64,000 bases of DNA from Mesotaenium endlicherianum (Eukaryota): positions 1 to 64,000 of the forward strand of contig WELA01001161.1 of assembly GCA_009602735.1 (NCBI GenBank), read 5' to 3'. Positions 62,689 through 64,000 of the stretch are shown piece by piece. Positions within the stretch are counted from its first letter, which is position 1; every line of letters begins with the position of its first letter. Made by a program: the position numbers and the translations under genes. The notes beneath the pieces are model-generated. The model saw only the letters and a program-made list of their open reading frames with translations. It made no database searches and had not been told where the DNA came from.

Positions 62689-64000
62689 GGGCCCTGCGCG
62701 TGTTGCGTGCGAACGAGGATGACGGTCGCGGAGGCGCGCAGCGGTGCGGGCCGCCTTATGAGGAGGTGACCCAGACGGCCCGTTGCCGGCTATGTGACTG
62801 CGCGGGACGTTGGTAGGCTAGCCAGGCGGCGTCTGGTATAATGCGTGAGCTGCAGTGGTGGAGGAAGACTGTGCGTCATACTAGCGGGTGCGGAGATCGC
62901 GCGGACCGTCATACGGTGGTGTGACTGAGCGCGGGCGCGTCTCGCGCAAAGGAGTGACCTCTCTCTCCTCGCAAAGAGGAGGGGCCTCCCGTGCGTCCCT
63001 GGGAGTGTCGTGCAGAGGCGTGACCTCGCGGGCAGCCCTGGTATGCTCGCGGATCGAAGTGACCTCGCGTGCGCGCCGGTCTAGTGGCAAAGTGCGGCGT
63101 GCGAAGCGTAGACCTGGCCCGGCGTAGGGGGAAGGACCTGTACGCCGAGGACCGAGGATGCTGGTCCTGGCCACTGTCTGCTGCGCACGTTTGGCTCGCG
63201 GGTCGATGGCGGAGGCGCGACCTGGCCAGCCTGTGCTCAGGCTGTTGCCAGCGAACAAGTGCGTGACGTCACGGCACTCGTTGCTGGTCAAACAGTCGTG
63301 CTGTATCGGACGACTAGGCCCGCCGGCGCATGGATGGGCTCGACGGGGATGGGCCGTGGTCTTGTGAGAGAGAGAACTGAAGCCGGGAGGCCCTGTAGGC
63401 TGGCGTCGGACGCGAGCTATAGGCGTGAGCGGCGATGGCTCTGCTGACGGCTGGGCTGCGGGCTCCTCTGCGGCCTCCTGGGACCACTCCTGCCACTCCT
63501 CCTCCTCGCTGCTCAATGACGCGTCGTTGGACCTGCCTGGGAACGCTGCCTGCCTCATGGCCTCATCCTCAGACGTGGTAGTGCGTGGCCACGAGTCGCC
63601 TGTCCTGTGCGACGGTGCGGGTGAGGGCAATTGGGATGCCATGCGGTACTGGATGGCGACCCCTACAGGCACTTCATGCCGTACGCGGACGTGTGATCTT
63701 GAGGAGGGTCCGCTCGCCAGCCGCGCACGCGTCAGGTGCGACGGCTGCTGGCGCGGCTGCCAGGACTGGCGCAGGTGTGGTTGCTGGGGAGCTGCCAAGT
63801 GGCGCCTCCCAATCGCTCCTGGGGTTGCGGGAGCTGGTGTCCGGTCCAACATCCATGTCGGTGTTGGCTGCCTTGGACGCCGCTCGCGACGCCCTCCCCC
63901 CGATGCGTGCGTACGCCGAAGCCCCCGTAGCGCGAATTGCGTCAGCGCGAGGGTTTTGTGCGCAGCCAAGGTTTAAGCCCTGGCTTTGCGCAACCGTGAG

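Larger units (their letters stand above)
59342..64000 (-). mobile_element. Ty3/Gypsy family D (decayed) carrying a C5 cytosine DNA methyltransferase in the Pol frame; truncated by the A LTR, 5' end outside the window
   Basis: One reading frame from the window edge through DNMT into RT, broken by in-frame TAA/TAG codons and one +1 insertion near 60292, followed by RT and RNase H motifs. Confidence 0.9.

Noticed and set aside
59342..64000. Alternative genetic code (TAA/TAG = Gln) to explain the in-frame stops
   Set aside because: The GH3 gene, family A gag and pol, and family B gag end at TAA or TAG at the expected positions. The element also has a frameshift and a mutated YIDD, so decay is the simpler explanation.

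Overview
Eukaryotic nuclear DNA with spliceosomal introns and N gaps. The host is most plausibly a streptophyte green alga or early-diverging plant, inferred from the EID1-like F-box genes, the plant-type GH3, tRNA-iMet-primed chromoviruses and a DNMT-bearing retroelement. The left part (1-35 kb) holds the 5' end of a Ty3/Gypsy element, a decayed piggyBac transposase, two tandem EID1-like F-box genes, an SVOP/OCT7-like MFS transporter and a GH3 beta-glucosidase that contains a 1.8 kb probable assembly duplication. The right part (36.7-64 kb) is a nest of four Ty3/Gypsy families. Family A is a chromovirus with a -1 gag-pol frameshift and an extra ~558-aa non-Env ORF3 preceded by strong splice signals and bracketed by two PPT-like tracts. 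Family B is a second chromovirus with TSDs. Family C is an internally deleted gag-PR-INT element whose integrase ends in a PHD finger. Family D is a decayed element whose Pol frame carries a C5 cytosine DNA methyltransferase fused upstream of RT-RNase H. The DNMT-Pol fusion, the PHD integrase and the spliced ORF3 are the main points of interest.
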